Sequence record: MK250028.1
Reading direction: 5' to 3' (one strand)
DNA length: 64,000 nucleotides
The notes beneath the pieces are model-generated. The model saw only the letters and a list, made by a program, of their open reading frames with translations, ran no database searches and was not told where the DNA came from. Shown one piece after another: positions 1 to 14,859 of the stretch. A program made the translations under genes and the position numbers. How positions within the stretch are numbered: the first letter of the stretch is position 1; each line of letters starts with the position of its first letter.

Positions 1-1300
1 GACCATTAACATTGAAAATTGCTTCATTTTCCTTAACATATTGTACTGGTGTATAAATGTTAGAAACTGTAGCGTTCTCTCTAATAATATTAATTTGGTC
101 CTTAATATTCAATGCTTTCTCTGTAAGTTCATTAGCTCTACGTGAGTTATCAGAATAAATAACATTGAACATTTCGTTAATATATGGATCAGAAGCATAT
201 GGCATTAAAGCATTACGTAACTGAACTCTATTAATTGCATTTGGCTCCTTTACATAACGTGCAACATCTTCTTGAATAAGATCTACATAAATGAATGAAG
301 AATGATCATCCTTCATTTCCTCCAAAATCTTAGTAAGTGTGATTTCCTCTCGTTTTGAATCTACTTTCTCGACAATAGATTTCATTGCCTTACTAACAGG
401 AAGAAGATAATTAAACTTAGATACGTTCTGAAGGAAAGTCTCATAAAGTCTCTCTTCATATGCACCTTGATTAATTGCGTTTGAATAAAGATTAATAACC
501 TCCATAAGACGTTGGTTGGAAGAAGCGTCTGAATGACGGATATTATTAATATGTTCGGAAAGATTAATACCTTGATTATTAGCAATAGCATTCAAACAGT
601 AATTTTCTTTTTCTGTTAACTTTGCTTTTTCATCTTCATCAAGTTTTTCATCGATATAACGTTGGACCTTTGAGAAAATTTGGTCCATTGTTTTCTTATC
701 ACGTTTTTCCTGAAGCTTCTTCTCAAAATCTCTTTGTTCTGATTCATTTACATAATCTGCATGAATAAAATTAGCGGACATTGAAGATTCTTCTGTAATA
801 AGAATATTTAATTTTGTAGCAATAGGATTTCCTTCTTCTACAAGCGGTGACAATACATCTACCAATGTATCCTTTGTTTCCTGACATTTATTTGCTACAT
901 ATTGATTATAAGCATACTTAACCTCATCCTTTATATAAGGATCATTAAGTTGTTCAATAAGTTGATAACCTACAAGATTAGCACCATCTGTTGCTAAGGT
1001 ATTGTTCATCTGCTCAATAACAGATTTAACAGACTTATTGCCTTTTGCATATTTAGTAAGTCCTTGTCCGAACTGTTCAAAAAGCATAAAGTCCTATGCA
1101 CCATTAGAAAGTGCGTTATTATATTCAACCAAATAGTTCATCAAATCGGGGTTCTTATGACCTTCTTCGATAAGACCATTCACATATCTATGAATATTGA
1201 ACTTAGTAGTGCCATCAAAGTTTTCTGTATCTCTATTAAAACTTTCTTGAATAATATTACGAACACCTGCTAAAAGCTCGTCTTTATTTAATTTTCCCAT
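1..1300 (-). CDS. Hypothetical helical protein, probably virion/head-associated; runs off the left edge
   Basis: ATG at 1300 (MGKLNKDELL). One in-frame TAG at 1094, then the frame stays open to position 1. Several I/L/V-x-E motifs (IQES, ITEES, VNESE). Confidence 0.75.
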
Positions 1301-1347
1301 TAAGTTTAAATATTATTTTATTTTTATTATTTATTTATGTAAAAAAT

Positions 1348-1371
1348 AAGCATATTTCACAAAATATGCTT
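1348..1371 (-). terminator. Intrinsic terminator
   Basis: AAGCATATTT/AAATATGCTT hairpin followed by a T-tract on the minus strand, at the stop of the gp15-like gene. Confidence 0.6.
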
Positions 1372-2740
1372 AAACTATTAATATAGAATCACTTATGCAT
1401 TTATTCTCTGTATTATAATGATCTCTTAATATTAATTTAACTTGTTTTGTATTTACTTCTCTTGGATATACGAAACATTTGAATTCAATAGGATTTGTTT
1501 CATCTATCATGAAATTCTTAAGATTAAGTTTCGCTGGAATTTCTTTTACCTATCCTTTATTATCTTCATATGATATTATACAATCAACTTGCGAATTTGC
1601 CGTAATAAAATATCCTTTATTTAATACATATACAGTCGATTCATCTACTATACGAGTTTCTGGATCCGGATACATATAGATTTCAGGATTTGTATATACT
1701 GTACATTCTTCTGTATTAGGTACGAGAATATCTATACGTGAGGGATTATCTATAAAATCTGTTGGTATTTTCCAATGATAGAAATTATGGTTATCTACTG
1801 AATCCAATACGAACTATTCGCCTTTTTCATCTTCATATAGAATATCAACTTGAAGAAGATCTCTATCTTGATATGAATATTTCCATTCAACTAAAAGGTC
1901 CTAACCTGATACCAATATCATATCTTCAAAATCTGTTACCCAATGTAATGGCCCTGTTACTTTTTCTGGATGATTTCTATTTACCCATATAGCATAACCA
2001 TTATTCCTTATAACATTATCTGCTGGACGTTCATTATATCTATCAAATATAGGTTGATATGTTTCGCACTATATAGTAAATGGAACTTTAATCATAGTCT
2101 CTGATGGAAGTTGTCCAAAAGTATAAGTTCCTCCTGCCGTTGGTTGATATGCGGATTCTGGAAACCCCACACGAACAGGAACAACAGTTCCTTTATAATT
2201 AATATGATATGTTAAATTCTTATAAAAGAATTCTCTATATGCTTGATTAATTTTCATTGCCTCTGCCATTGTTGAACATCTTATTTCAACATTGAAACTA
2301 TATGTTAACGGCATAGAATAAAGATAAGATACATAAGATTTAAGTTTACCATTTTCTCTTTTTGTATACTTACCCATTACAAACCTGTTAGTGATATTTC
2401 CTGATTCTATTTGAACGCTTGACATTGATAAACGTCCCTAAGGGTATCTATCAAAATTACCGTCTATTTTTTGAAGTCCAATATCTGTACATTCATCACT
2501 TGTGAAATTTGTATAATTATCTTGGATAAACTTTTCTGAATTTTGATTTGAACCACCAAAATCATAAAAGAATGGAACACATACATTTTCTATTCCATCT
2601 TCTGTATCATCCCATCTTTGCTCGTAATATAATCTTCTGTTAAATACCTTAAGTAATCCTACCAAAACTGCTCTGTCAAAAATATCTGTTGTATTTCTAT
2701 TTTCAAAAAGCTATTTAGGAGTTAATTGTGTTTTTGACAT
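1370..2740 (-). CDS. T4 gp15-like tail completion / sheath stabiliser protein (456 aa)
   Basis: Track ORFs 2438..2665, 2069..2425 and 1550..1807 share one frame and join through TAG; ATG 2740 to TAA 1370. The pattern VPFFYD...YPQGRLS...MPLTYSFNVEIR...FTIQCETYQP resembles gp15 by eye. Confidence 0.6.
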
Positions 2741-2781
2741 AATTATAAACTAAAAATTAGTTTCAATATTTATTAAATAAA

Positions 2782-2815
2782 AAATGAGATCTATAAATTA
2801 ATATAGATCTCATTT
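2782..2815 (-). terminator. Intrinsic terminator
   Basis: Perfect 14-bp stem AAATGAGATCTATA/TATAGATCTCATTT with a T-tract on the minus strand. Confidence 0.7.
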
Positions 2816-2832
2816 AATTATATTATATAATA

Positions 2833-4071
2833 TTACTTATCCATTTTTGACCAATATAAATCTTCATCAACTAAATCAATAAGTCCCGACTAATATACTT
2901 TCCAATCGGTTTTTGAATATACATGGTCTTTTACTTTATCATCGTCGTAATCTAATTTATATTGTATTATAATAAAATTACCTTTTTCATCTTTTCCTTT
3001 CTCTATAACTTTATTACTTGTCATATAATTTGATGAATAGTCAGATAAAGACTTTGCATTTAATTTATTATTTTCTTGTAAATGTGAAATTACTTTATTT
3101 ACAATAATATTTATAATTTCATGCATATCTTTTTTATTACTAAACTTATAATTAGGTATATTATAGTCTATTAAGAATTGTTTAAATAAATCCTCACCAT
3201 ATTTAAAACCATTATACTCCGATGGATTCATAATAAGTGGTTGCTGTTCCATTTTGAATAATTTAAATCCTAATTTTTTAAGATATAACAAAAATAGTTC
3301 AAATGTTTTTAAATTTTCACAAATTAAAGAATATCCAAGTATTACATTTTTACATAATTTTGTCAACTTAATAGGATTTTCATTATTATTTGTAACAAAT
3401 ATATTAATTTTACTATATAAATTTATATATTCTTCTTTAATAGGAATAACTTTATTTGGATCAATAACTTCTTTTCTAGTATCTCCAATAATTATATTTT
3501 TTGTTTTATGATATATATCATCTTCTGCGTTCAATATAATATTTTTTATTTTATACCCATTTTCTATATATGTGTTTATAAGATAAAACATTTGTAAAAA
3601 TAATTCATTACCTATATAATCATATGGTATAAACTCCATATTATAATGTGGTTGTCCCATATTAAATATAATATCTGTTATCACTTTATCATTAACATGT
3701 AATATACAATTTAAATCATATTTGTTTGTTCTACCAAATCCATAAATTTCAATTGTATCAATATCAATTGAATTATCATAGTCTTTAAACTTACAATTAA
3801 TCTGAAATTTTTTTACATTATTAAAATATCTTATATAATACTTATTTTTACATGCTTCATTAATATATATTAATCCTATATTGTAAAGATTTTCAGCCCT
3901 ATCAAAATTCACAAAACTATCAGGATATTCAGTGATATTATATGGTAGCTTTTTAAGCTATCTTATTTCATTATTATATAATTCCTATGATACTGTACGT
4001 TCTGGTGTATCTACAATATCGTCTATATCATCAAAAAGGGACTCAACTAATTTCTTTATTAATTTATTCAT
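2833..4071 (-). CDS. Hypothetical protein with N-terminal LVESLFDD motif (412 aa)
   Basis: ORF 2890..3912 extended through TAG at both ends; starts MNKLIKKLVESLFDDIDD at ATG 4071, TAA at 2833. Confidence 0.8.
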
Positions 4072-7000
4072 TTTGTATATTTTTGTTCTATTATTTTTAT
4101 AATAAATTTAATATTATCATAAGCAGGATCCGTATTTACAATAACTTCTCGTGTTCTATTTTCTTGAGTAGGCCAGCTATAAGATGAATTATATGTTTGC
4201 TTTATATTAAATTTAAAAGTTAATCTGTCAAAACTACAATTTATACCATTCTTATTGCTTTCTGTAACACTAAAACTATTAAAATACTACCAATATACAC
4301 CTACTGAATTATTTCCATTAAATGAAGAACACAAATAACTACTAAAATCATATGTACTTGTATCATTACTTCTTTCACTATATGATATATTAATTGTTTT
4401 TAATGTAATCGTATCATCATACTATTTATAACCTTCTATATAAAAACATGCACTATTTTTATCTGCATATGTTCTATTAAATACTGTTAACCCATTATCA
4501 GTACTTTTTTTATAACCATATAAATTTCTAGAATCTAATTGTCCACTTCCTGTTTTTACATTATATGTAAGTCTTGCTAACCATGTATATGAACTTTTTA
4601 TATTTGCTTCCTATACAGTTAAATTATATGTTTTTGTCTATTCTTTATTTACTTCTGTATCAGTTGTATTAAAAATATATTTTTCTGTGCTTCTATCTAA
4701 TGTTATTGATGGGTTACTCCCTTTATTCTTAAATGTACGATATGTTACTTTTACACGTCCATTACATAACTGACTCCACATATGACCATATAAATCTATG
4801 TAAATATATTTACATTTGTTTTCTAATAATGTATTACTAATCTATGCTAAAATTTCTTTCATATTAATAAATATAGATTCCTATGAACCTGATCTATTAT
4901 CTCCAGAAAAACCTAGTATATCTTCATATTCTGTATAATTGTTCGTTTGATGCCAATATTCAGTTGTACTTGGATATAAAGTCTCAGAAAATCCCATTGT
5001 TGTATTATTTAATATATATGTTTTATTATGAGATGTTATATTCATTTTAATATTTTTATTATTTGTAATATGTGTTATTGTATCCAAATCAGAACCAGTC
5101 AATTTATTTTTTTCTGATGGAATATGTGAACTACCAGCATTATTTAAAAATATATATTCAAATAATAAAAAATCAAATGAAGCTAATCCAATAGCAAACG
5201 CACTTGCTTGATTAATTAACATTATTTTATTGTCAACTGAACCTATATTATATTTTACCGTAAAATTAACACACCTCTCATAATCATAATCTGAGTCTTT
5301 TGGATTCTAACTAAATTTACATTTTAATTCTAATTTATCATCTTTTAATGATGTTTCTTCTGTTTTAAAATCAGCAAGATACTCATATGTCATATCACCA
5401 TCATTATATTTTTCATATGTAACTTCATAATGTGACTAATTAGTATCAATATATGTACCATTTTTTACTTTTGCATAATACTATAAATAAAAATAGCCTG
5501 AATCAGTAGCTTGCAATGCTAATTCTTCCATATCATCTTCAACTTTTGTTGAACCTCTCATATAATATGCATGAACAAATAATTCAAACTCTCCTGCACC
5601 TTGTGATAATGTTTTATCTGCTTTTGCTTGACTATCATGAAATGTATATGTAAATGTAAACGTTAATGTTCTATCTGTTGATGATATACCAATTTCAATA
5701 TTATATATACATCTTGTTCCTGATATTATAGGTTCAGGTATATTTATACTTGAATCTGAGCATGTAAGTTCACCGTCTGATTTTTCATCACCATTAAGTT
5801 CACCATAACACTCAAGAGTTATAGTTTCCCCTGCATTGTTTATTTTTCCATCTACTGTACCACTCGTTAAATTTATAACAGCATTAATATTTGATTTACC
5901 CTGATATATTATAAAAGTAGACAAATATTCTTTTGTAATATCACTATACTAATATTTTACTGTTATTTTATATATTTTATCAGAAGTTGTACTATCATTT
6001 TCAGGAATAGTAACAGTTATTTTATAACACGGTTTATCTTCATCTTCATATTTTTCTTTATCACTTCGTATTACACTTATATCATCACATGTTATATTAT
6101 AATGTGTTAAATTGTCATCAAATGATTTATCTGGTCCACCTTTAAAATATAGTGTCTATATAATCTTCTTACCATTTTTTCTATAATCGACATAATCAGA
6201 ACCGTTAAAATCGGGATTGTCTCTTATAATTACACTATACGTTGTGCCTGACTATTTAAGTGTGTCTGATGCATTTAACGACTCATTAATTGAAACTGTA
6301 GCAACTAAATTACGTTCATTCTCTGTGATATTATCTGTTACTGCATATGGATATGAATATACATTATCATCACTTTTTGTTATTTTTGAAAAATCAATTG
6401 ATATATTTTCATCGCCTAATGTTAATTTAAAATCATATTTTATTTTTGATAAATCTAATTTATTCTTTTGTTCTTTATCATCAGCTTTTGTTAAATAATA
6501 ATGTATATATATTATATCATTATTCTCATTCTTATTATTAGATATAGATGTTATTATTTTATTTCCATCCTTATTATAAAATCCAATATATAATGTATAA
6601 TTAGTAGTATTATATGCAAATCTTTTAATATATAAATAGTTTGATTTTCCAGTAGTATTTACCGACTTACCATTATTATAATTGTAATATGTATAATTTC
6701 GTTTATACTATAAACTATAAGTAGTATTTTCTGTTTTTGACGTTATATCACTTAACTAAACAGTAAATTCATAATAATTATCAGTATCATTAAATTCTGG
6801 GTTTTTTACAATAGTAATTTCATCATTTGATGATAAATAAATATCATCTTTTTTAATTGTTATATGATTTCCTTTAAGTTCACCGGTTTTTTTATCAAAT
6901 GGCTATTTATAATCTAAATCTATATGATCATTACAATATAATCCTAAATATAATGTTAATGTTTGTTCTGTAGGATCACAATATATATAATAATCATTTA

Positions 7001-10000
7001 TCTTTTTATAGATATTACCATCTTTATGTCTAATTCCATATATTTTATTGTTATTCGGCGTCTCATTATCTTCAATACTATCCTTAGGATCATCTACTAA
7101 ATACGATAAATTATATGCTCTTGTTGCTTCCTTTTGACATATCTATATAATCCTAGTAGTAGAAGATTCTTTATAATTGTTCTAATAATGAATGCAAAAA
7201 TAAAAATACTACTAAACATCATTAATATTTTCATTCATTGTTATTTCTTGACCTATATAATTAATATTTCCGACTTTTTCACTTGATTGTTCTGATATTG
7301 TATAATATGGTACATTAGATATTAGTGTATAAATTCCTAATTTATTTTTATAATAAAAATTCTTAAATGTTGTATCTATAAGTCTTTTACTAATATCCCT
7401 GTATTGATAAATAACATTATAATATATAATAAAATTTTTAACTTTTGTTGTATCAATATTATATATTACCACATTTGATGTATTAGGACTAGTTGACATT
7501 ATTCCTGCTTCTTTATCATTAATTCTATAATGTGATATATACGCATATTTATTTTTTGATGCAGTATATATCTATGAAGCATCATCATATAATGTATATA
7601 CTTTATCTTTGTATAAAACAAACTATGTATATGCATAATCAATATCTTTATACTTTTGTATATATTTTAATATAATTTTATTATCAAATGCTAATAAATT
7701 CTACGGTATATTTAAACAACCATAATAATAATCTTCATCTTCATTATATATTATATTAGAAGTATATGGCATTAAATTATTTTGTGACCATAAAGTTAAA
7801 TTATTTGTGTTATTAAGATTAATAGTTAAGTCACTATTATAGTTTCTTAAATCAATATTTACTAATTTAATATTTCCATTTTCAATAATTGACTCCTACA
7901 TATAATATTTAAAATATAATACAGTATCATGTAAAATATTTTCAATAATATAACTATCTTTTGTTGAGTTATTATATGTTAACTTATCATCTAAACTACT
8001 ATTACTATATAATTCTAAATTTAATTTTATATATGTTTGCTATAATGTTAATGTATCTTCTTCAATATTAGAATTAGTATTATACCTATATTTTCCTATA
8101 ATTATTAATTTTCTTATCCTTTGATTATTATTTACATTTGTGTTATCTATATTTTTTATATCTAATTTTATATTTGTATAATCTGAAGTATTAACTAATT
8201 TTATTTGTGAATTCAAAATATTATCTGAAGTATTGTCTATCACAGCAGAAGTTAAATATGTTGTATAGTATGCGTTTGAACTTGTTCCTTTATTTTTTTC
8301 TTCCTAATTATTATATAATATACCATAGCCTTTAACTATAAAATTACTATTACCTTCAAATGATATAATATTCGTATCAGATACAAGCTTACATTCATAC
8401 TATAGTGATTCCTATGTGATTTTAATATAATCGGTTCTATTAATTTCAGTATTTCCTAATATATATGATATTTGATAATAAAATTCTCTATTACCATTTA
8501 CATTATAATATTCATTTTTTAATCGAATATTTTGTGCACTAAGGAAATCATCGGTATCTTTAGTAGTTTCATATTCTATATTTTCTAAATCAAATAATGA
8601 ATTAGCAGATATAAATTTATCCTAATTTTTCTAATAGAAATTTATGTCGAATAAATTGCTATCAATCACTATAGATTTTTCATTATCATAAACATTAACT
8701 GCATTAAAAACCAATTTAATTTCACTAAATTGAGGAATACCACCTATTGTGTCAGTTGATAATTTTTCATTTATATTAACTTTAGTTTGCGTAGTATCAA
8801 AATGTTGTTGTATAAAAGTTATATTATTTAACTTTAATGTCGATAAACTTATATTTATATATATTTCTGGATTTATAAATTTAGTTAATAATGGGAACTA
8901 CAAATATAAATTTTTTTTATCAGTTGAATTTTCATTAATATCTTTAATATTATTATAATCAAAATCAGTTAAATTTTTATTTGTTCTCGTATAATTAATC
9001 TCATAATATTCTGTTATTTCTGTATTATCAATATATTTAATATTACTCATAGATGTAATTATATGTTGTCCGTCACTCGTTCTTGCATAATAATATAATG
9101 ATATATCTTTACCAAATGGTGTTACTTTAAAAACAGATGGTGAATCATAAAATTCATCATCAATTTCATAACATAGCTTCATATCCGTATCATATTTCTA
9201 TATTATAACAATTTCATTACTTTTAATTTTATTCTTATATATAACATATACTTTTACCTTCCTTTCATATAATGTATAATTAGGATTTATGATTAAATTT
9301 AAATTATACTGTTTGTCTATATATGATGTTATACCTGTTTGATAATTTAATTCATATGTATTATTAATAAACTCAAAATGAACATCCAAATCATCGCTTT
9401 GTGTATATTCATTATTTAAACTAAAAGTATATATTAATTTCTTTATTTCACCTTGATATAATATATCATCCGCATTTGTGTTATTGATTGAGTCAATACC
9501 TAATTTTATAACATAATTATTAAATCTTTGTGTAATATAATAATCTCTCTACTTAGAATTATATGTTGTTTTAAATATTACAGAAAATTTTAAATTTTTG
9601 GTAACTGTATTTATATTTTCATCGATTAAATAAATTAAATCTATTTCATTCTATACTGTTGTTCTTAATGATTTAATATTACTTGTATCTAATTGTTTGT
9701 CATTAATTAATAATGTAACATTAGACTAATTTATATCATTAAGAATTCCATAATATTTAATATGAAGTTCTTGTTCATTACCAGATATTTTACCTCCAAT
9801 TATATGTTCTGTTACTTTACCATTTTTATCAATCCAATTTTCTTTATTATTTAATTCATCAGTTTTTTGCTATTCAGTAGGAATAAATTCTAAACGTACA
9901 TCAACATCTTCATAAGGAGCTTGTGAAACTTTTGCATATATATGATTAATACCAGAAATAAAAGATGAATCTGCTGGTATATTATTACTAACAGCAAATT

Positions 10001-10268
10001 CCATTATACCTTTACGTAATTTCTTTTCTGTATTATCATTAATAGATGTAATAGTTAATTTATTATAATACTTATTTTCTGTTGTAAATTTATATCCAGT
10101 AATCCAATCAGGTTTATATATACATTCAATAGTAGATGTAATAGGTATATAGTTTTTTTCCAATACTGCATAATATTCCGTATCAGTACTGGTAAACTTA
10201 TTTGCTGGTAATATAGGTAATGTAATTGTGTCTGATAATAATTTATTAAATTTATAATCGTTCATCAT
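4068..10268 (-). CDS. Giant hypothetical protein (2066 aa), likely structural (fibre/adhesin-like)
   Basis: Seven track ORFs lie in the same frame. Codon-by-codon reading found about 35 TAG and no TAA/TGA between ATG 10268 and TGA 4068, which overlaps the next ATG (ATGA). Rich in N, Y, I and T. Confidence 0.85.
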
Positions 10269-10290
10269 TTATATGCAATTAGTTTTTTAA

Positions 10291-12009
10291 TTAAAGAAAT
10301 CCATGGAATATAAAATCTCCAAAGATTGATCTTGTAGTTGGTGCCCATGTAGTTAAAATGGCGGCAATAAACCATATATTTGTTAATTTAAGTCTTTCAT
10401 ATGTCGGTAAGAAATCACCACCTATAACTATTGTTCCTTCTAGTAATCTTACAAGTTTCTCAATAGCTGGAGCATTCTGATCACTTAATGCTAATCTGAC
10501 ATCAAACAATTCAGGATCCATTAAATATTCTGGTGCAGTAATAGGCGGAAATGCTTTACGAACAATAGTGTTTATTTTCTAAAAATCTACATTCTATAAT
10601 GCTGACTTCATGCCAATATCCAATTTAAATTGGCACTTACTCATATCAAATGCTATATTCATAACTCCCATTCCCCAAAATGGTTTTCCTAACTATCCTG
10701 CTTTATATACAGTTGGATCAGTTTTATAAAATGGGCATACAGCCATATTAGATTTTAATGTAAAGAAAAAACCATATTCCTATGGACCAATATAGAATAA
10801 TCCACTTACTTTATTAATAGTGTTATAAGCTGCTGCCAATGCATTTTCCAATGCTTCTTTAGCTAATTGTACAGCTTTAATAACCTAATTGATAACGGCG
10901 AATAAGGGTGATAATTTCGCGTCTATCGTGCCGAATTTAATACGCCTTAGTAATTTTATTATTAACTCATCTTTTTTGATTAGAAGCAAATTTATAATCT
11001 TTTTTAACTCAAGAAATACTATGTTAACTTTCGCAGTTACATAATTTCTGTACTCTTCTGGCATAGATGCTGTTCCTGCTAAAATATCAGGAACTTTAGA
11101 AACAACATTCAATACAAGATTAAAGTAATCAAGAATATTTTTTATTCTTTCTATAATCTCTGGAGTTTCAACAGTATATTCACCTTTTAATGTTTCCGAT
11201 ATTTTCCTAAGTAAATCTTTCGCGGCACATGTAAGCGAACAATATCCATTACTAGGCATAAAATCTATATGCTTTCCACATACCGGGCATGTACCACCTT
11301 TCATTAAATAATGTCCGAACTAATCTATTCCAGAAGCTAATCCAATTGCTGCTTCCAATGTACTCTTTTTCTTTTTATTTCCATCGTCATCTATGGAAAT
11401 TTCATCATTAACAGCCTTAATTGTATCATCATCCTCAGCGTTCTATACAGAAGAACTCGCTAATGTGGTAGTATCTTCTAATGCAACTGTATCTTTTATT
11501 TTACCATTTAAATCTGTATCATCTCCCTAATGATACTCATCATTAGAAATTTTTACGCCAAATGTATCTTCTTCTATAATATTAGATTCATCAAATATAG
11601 AAGCACCTGTATATTCTTCAAGGTCTTCATCTGTTTGCTCTGTATGCCCTGTTGTATTTACAAATTCTTCCGATGAATTATCATTTTGATCTTCTAACTG
11701 TTTCTATGTAAAAGAATTTACATATTTTTCCAATTCATCAAATGATAAATTTCTCTTAACTTCATCCGTTGTTTTATTTGTAACATTATATGATAAATCA
11801 ACCTATATTTTTGTATTTGTTAAATTTCCGTTCTAATCAACTTCATAATAATCATGCCAAGAAACAAATATTTCATTTCTAGGTTCACCGACATAATATG
11901 TTTTATATCTTAAATTCTATCTATAATATTTTTTGTTTGACTCAATCTAAACATCATCGTCATCATACTCATAATATATAGTTCCTGATTTTGATGTAAT
12001 CGTATTCAT
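10291..12009 (-). CDS. Hypothetical protein with acidic N-half and CPVC..C..C zinc-binding motif (572 aa)
   Basis: ORFs 10885..11304 and 10291..10521 are in frame; open from ATG 12009 to TAA 10291 with TAG read-through. Confidence 0.8.
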
Positions 12010-12011
12010 TT

Positions 12012-12725
12012 TCAAATAATTAAGTTTTCAATATTTCCTAAATATTCAACATCATTTAAGTTAAATCTCTACTTTATGTTGTTATCAAACTTAACAATAC
12101 ATGTATTCATTTTTTCTTGTATAGAATGTAATGTACCAAATTTATCTTTAGATATAATATAAACTTTATTTTCCTATAATTTATTTTGTTTAAATTTATT
12201 ATAGTTTTCCTATGTTAATGGATATTTGGTTTTCTTATTCTACTTATTAGCGATAATTTTACCAAATACTCTTGGTACACCATCGAATGTTTTAATATTG
12301 TTAAAGTTAGCATAGAGATTTCCATGTATAATATATGGGAATGCAGTCCAATCAGGTAAGTTATTTCCTGTATAGTTACAAGAGCCATCTACCTCATCGA
12401 ATTTAAATAACTGCATTCCCATTCTATTTAATCCTTTATTAGAAAGGTATAAATTATCATGGACATCCACCAAAATACCATGACCTGTACATTTAATCTC
12501 ATAGTTCTCTACATCAAGTTCATCTAAAATTCGTTCGACTCTTGGTTTTATTTCTGTTTCTTCATATTCTGATGATATGTTGTCTGACAGTGTTGTATCA
12601 CTATCAAGCCCTAAAAAATCATCATCTTCATCATCAAAATCATCAAACAGAGATTCATTCAACTTTGAGATTTTTGTGTTGTTATATTTTCTTATTTTCT
12701 TATATTCTGGAACTGAAATAATCAT
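12012..12725 (-). CDS. LRR-like repeat protein with LNESLFDD N-terminal motif (237 aa)
   Basis: Repeats such as GNNLPDWTAFPYIIHGNLYANFNNIKTFDGVPRVFG; extends through TAG to TGA 12012. Confidence 0.7.
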
Positions 12726-12765
12726 AATTAAAAAATAAATAATATTTTATATTATTTATTTTTGT

Positions 12766-13218
12766 TCATTTATCATCATTCATTATTAGAGTTGTTTTCC
12801 CTCTATCATCTTTTTTAATTCCCTAACATTCAATTATCTTATTCTTATAAAAACGTTCATAAAAAAATACTTCTTCACACAAATCGTACAAGTCTGTATG
12901 TTTTGGCAATATTCCATTATCCAAAAGTACAATCTTGCTAATTTCCTTAATCTATTTAAATTTAGACGAGATATTAAACAATAAATTTTCATCTAAATTT
13001 TTATTAATATAAATAATCCCCTGATATTTCTTTAATTTAGAAGCTTGCTAAATAGCGTTTAGAATTTCTGTATTAACGAAATATATATTTGACTATTTGT
13101 TTAGATCCAGTTTAAAACTATTTACGAACGACTATACATCAAGAATAAAAAAACTTTTAATGTTAGTGAATAACATTCTTAGTTTATTTTCAGATTCAGT
13201 TGTTACGTATATATTCAT
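12766..13218 (-). CDS. Hypothetical protein (150 aa)
   Basis: ATG 13218 to TGA 12766, interrupted only by TAG; absent from the ORF track. Confidence 0.75.
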
Positions 13219-13272
13219 TAGAGTTATTAAATGGTTAGTTTTTAATTAAAATTACCAAATATTTATTAACAA

Positions 13273-14391
13273 TTATTCAGTACTTTGATTTTTATTATCT
13301 GACAATGAAGTCTCATAATAATCAGTTAAACCTTTTGCTAACGCTTCCTTTAACATATTATTATCAACTCTTCTTGATATACTGGTAACAAAATGTTCTG
13401 ACATTCCATCAGGATATACATCCTTTATAGTCTTGTAAACTTCCTTAGGTGGAAGTTCAAGTTCAACATCAACACCAATGGTATATACTTTCTTCTTACT
13501 CTTATCAATCATATTAGTGATAAGAATATCTTCTGTATAATTTGGATCTTCATAAGGCGAAACTTTCTTTTCAGTTTTTACTGTAACCTCATTATTTAAC
13601 CTTGAAATAAATTGTTCTATAGAAAGTTCTGTTGTCTTACCATTTGATATTACATTAATCTTATCATATTCAGAATTTGAATTAATATTATCGAGGTTAA
13701 TTGTAATGCTTGCGTGTCGTACTGTTTCTATAACAGATGTTGTTATAGGTGAGTCTGCCTGAATTTTTCCTGTAGTTATAACTTGTTTTTCAACTGGTGC
13801 TGTAATTTCATTAACAATTTCTTTTTTATTTGCTGTAATTGTTGGTTCTGTTTTCTTTACTACAGTACCAAATGTTACATTATCAGCAGATTTATTAACT
13901 GGTTTACCACCATTCAACAATTCAGGATGTAATGAAAGTAAATAATTTTCTTTATCTTCTACCTTCGGATTTTTCACAAAAGTAGGTGGAGTTGCATCTG
14001 TTCTTTTTCCTTCATTTCCTATTGTTCTTGATGTTGATTTGCCTTCGCTATTAATTCCAACACTTATATGTTCACCATTCATTCCAATACCAGGTTGAGG
14101 AACTTCATATGGATTACCATCTTTATCATAAACAGTTTTTGTCTCATTTAAATTAAACTCATATGTTTTAAAATCCCATTTATTAAGTGGAGATGATAAT
14201 TCAGACATAACAAATTGCCCATTAAACGCGTCCATATTATTGACTTCCGCAATATAAGATTCATCACATTTTGTTTGATCTTCAAATACATAAAGTGTTA
14301 ACTCATCATCAGATATATCGTCGATATATTTAAGTTTTGTAATTTTACCAAGTGTATCACCTGGTTGCATGTGCTAATAAAACTTTGCCAT
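13273..14391 (-). CDS. Hypothetical protein (372 aa)
   Basis: Track ORF extended upstream through one TAG to ATG 14391 (MAKFYQHMQPG). Confidence 0.8.
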
Positions 14392-14400
14392 ATTTCCAAA

Positions 14401-14571
14401 TTAGTTTTCTTTTTCTTTTACATATCGTACCTTTACAGATATGACATTAATATTATTTTTTTCTAAATTATTTTCTTTATTTATATCGGTATGTTCATCC
14501 GGTATATTTTCATCTTTACTGGTAAATATACCGATGAACCAATACCAACATTTCTTAATGAATTGAATCAT
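14401..14571 (-). CDS. Small protein with aromatic/hydrophobic N-terminus (56 aa), possibly lysis-associated
   Basis: MIQFIKKCWYWFIGIFTSK...; ATG 14571 to TAA 14401; lies downstream of the holin-like gene. Confidence 0.55.
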   Translation of the reverse strand: MIQFIKKCWYWFIGIFTSKDENIPDEHTDINKENNLEKNNINVISVKVRYVKEKEN

Positions 14572-14609
14572 GAAGTAAATTTATCCAATATTAGTTTTAT
14601 CCTTATAAT

Positions 14610-14819
14610 TAGATATTTAACTTAATAACATATATGAATTTTATAATATATGTGAAGTTAACCTAAGAAAACTATATATGATATATAGAAAGATAATTAT
14701 CTAAATCTTATCTTTTTAAAGATATGAATTAATCTAAATTTTATATACATAATTTATAAACTAAATTCTTCCGTCGACTTAATCCATAAATATTCAATAT
14801 ATATAAAACATAAATATTC
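14610..14819 (-). repeat. ~210-bp dispersed non-coding repeat, copy A
   Basis: Aligns by eye at roughly 85-90% to the reverse complement of 63121-63330. Confidence 0.9.
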
Positions 14820-14859
14820 ATTTATTATATTGGATATTATATTATTAGTTTATTAATTA

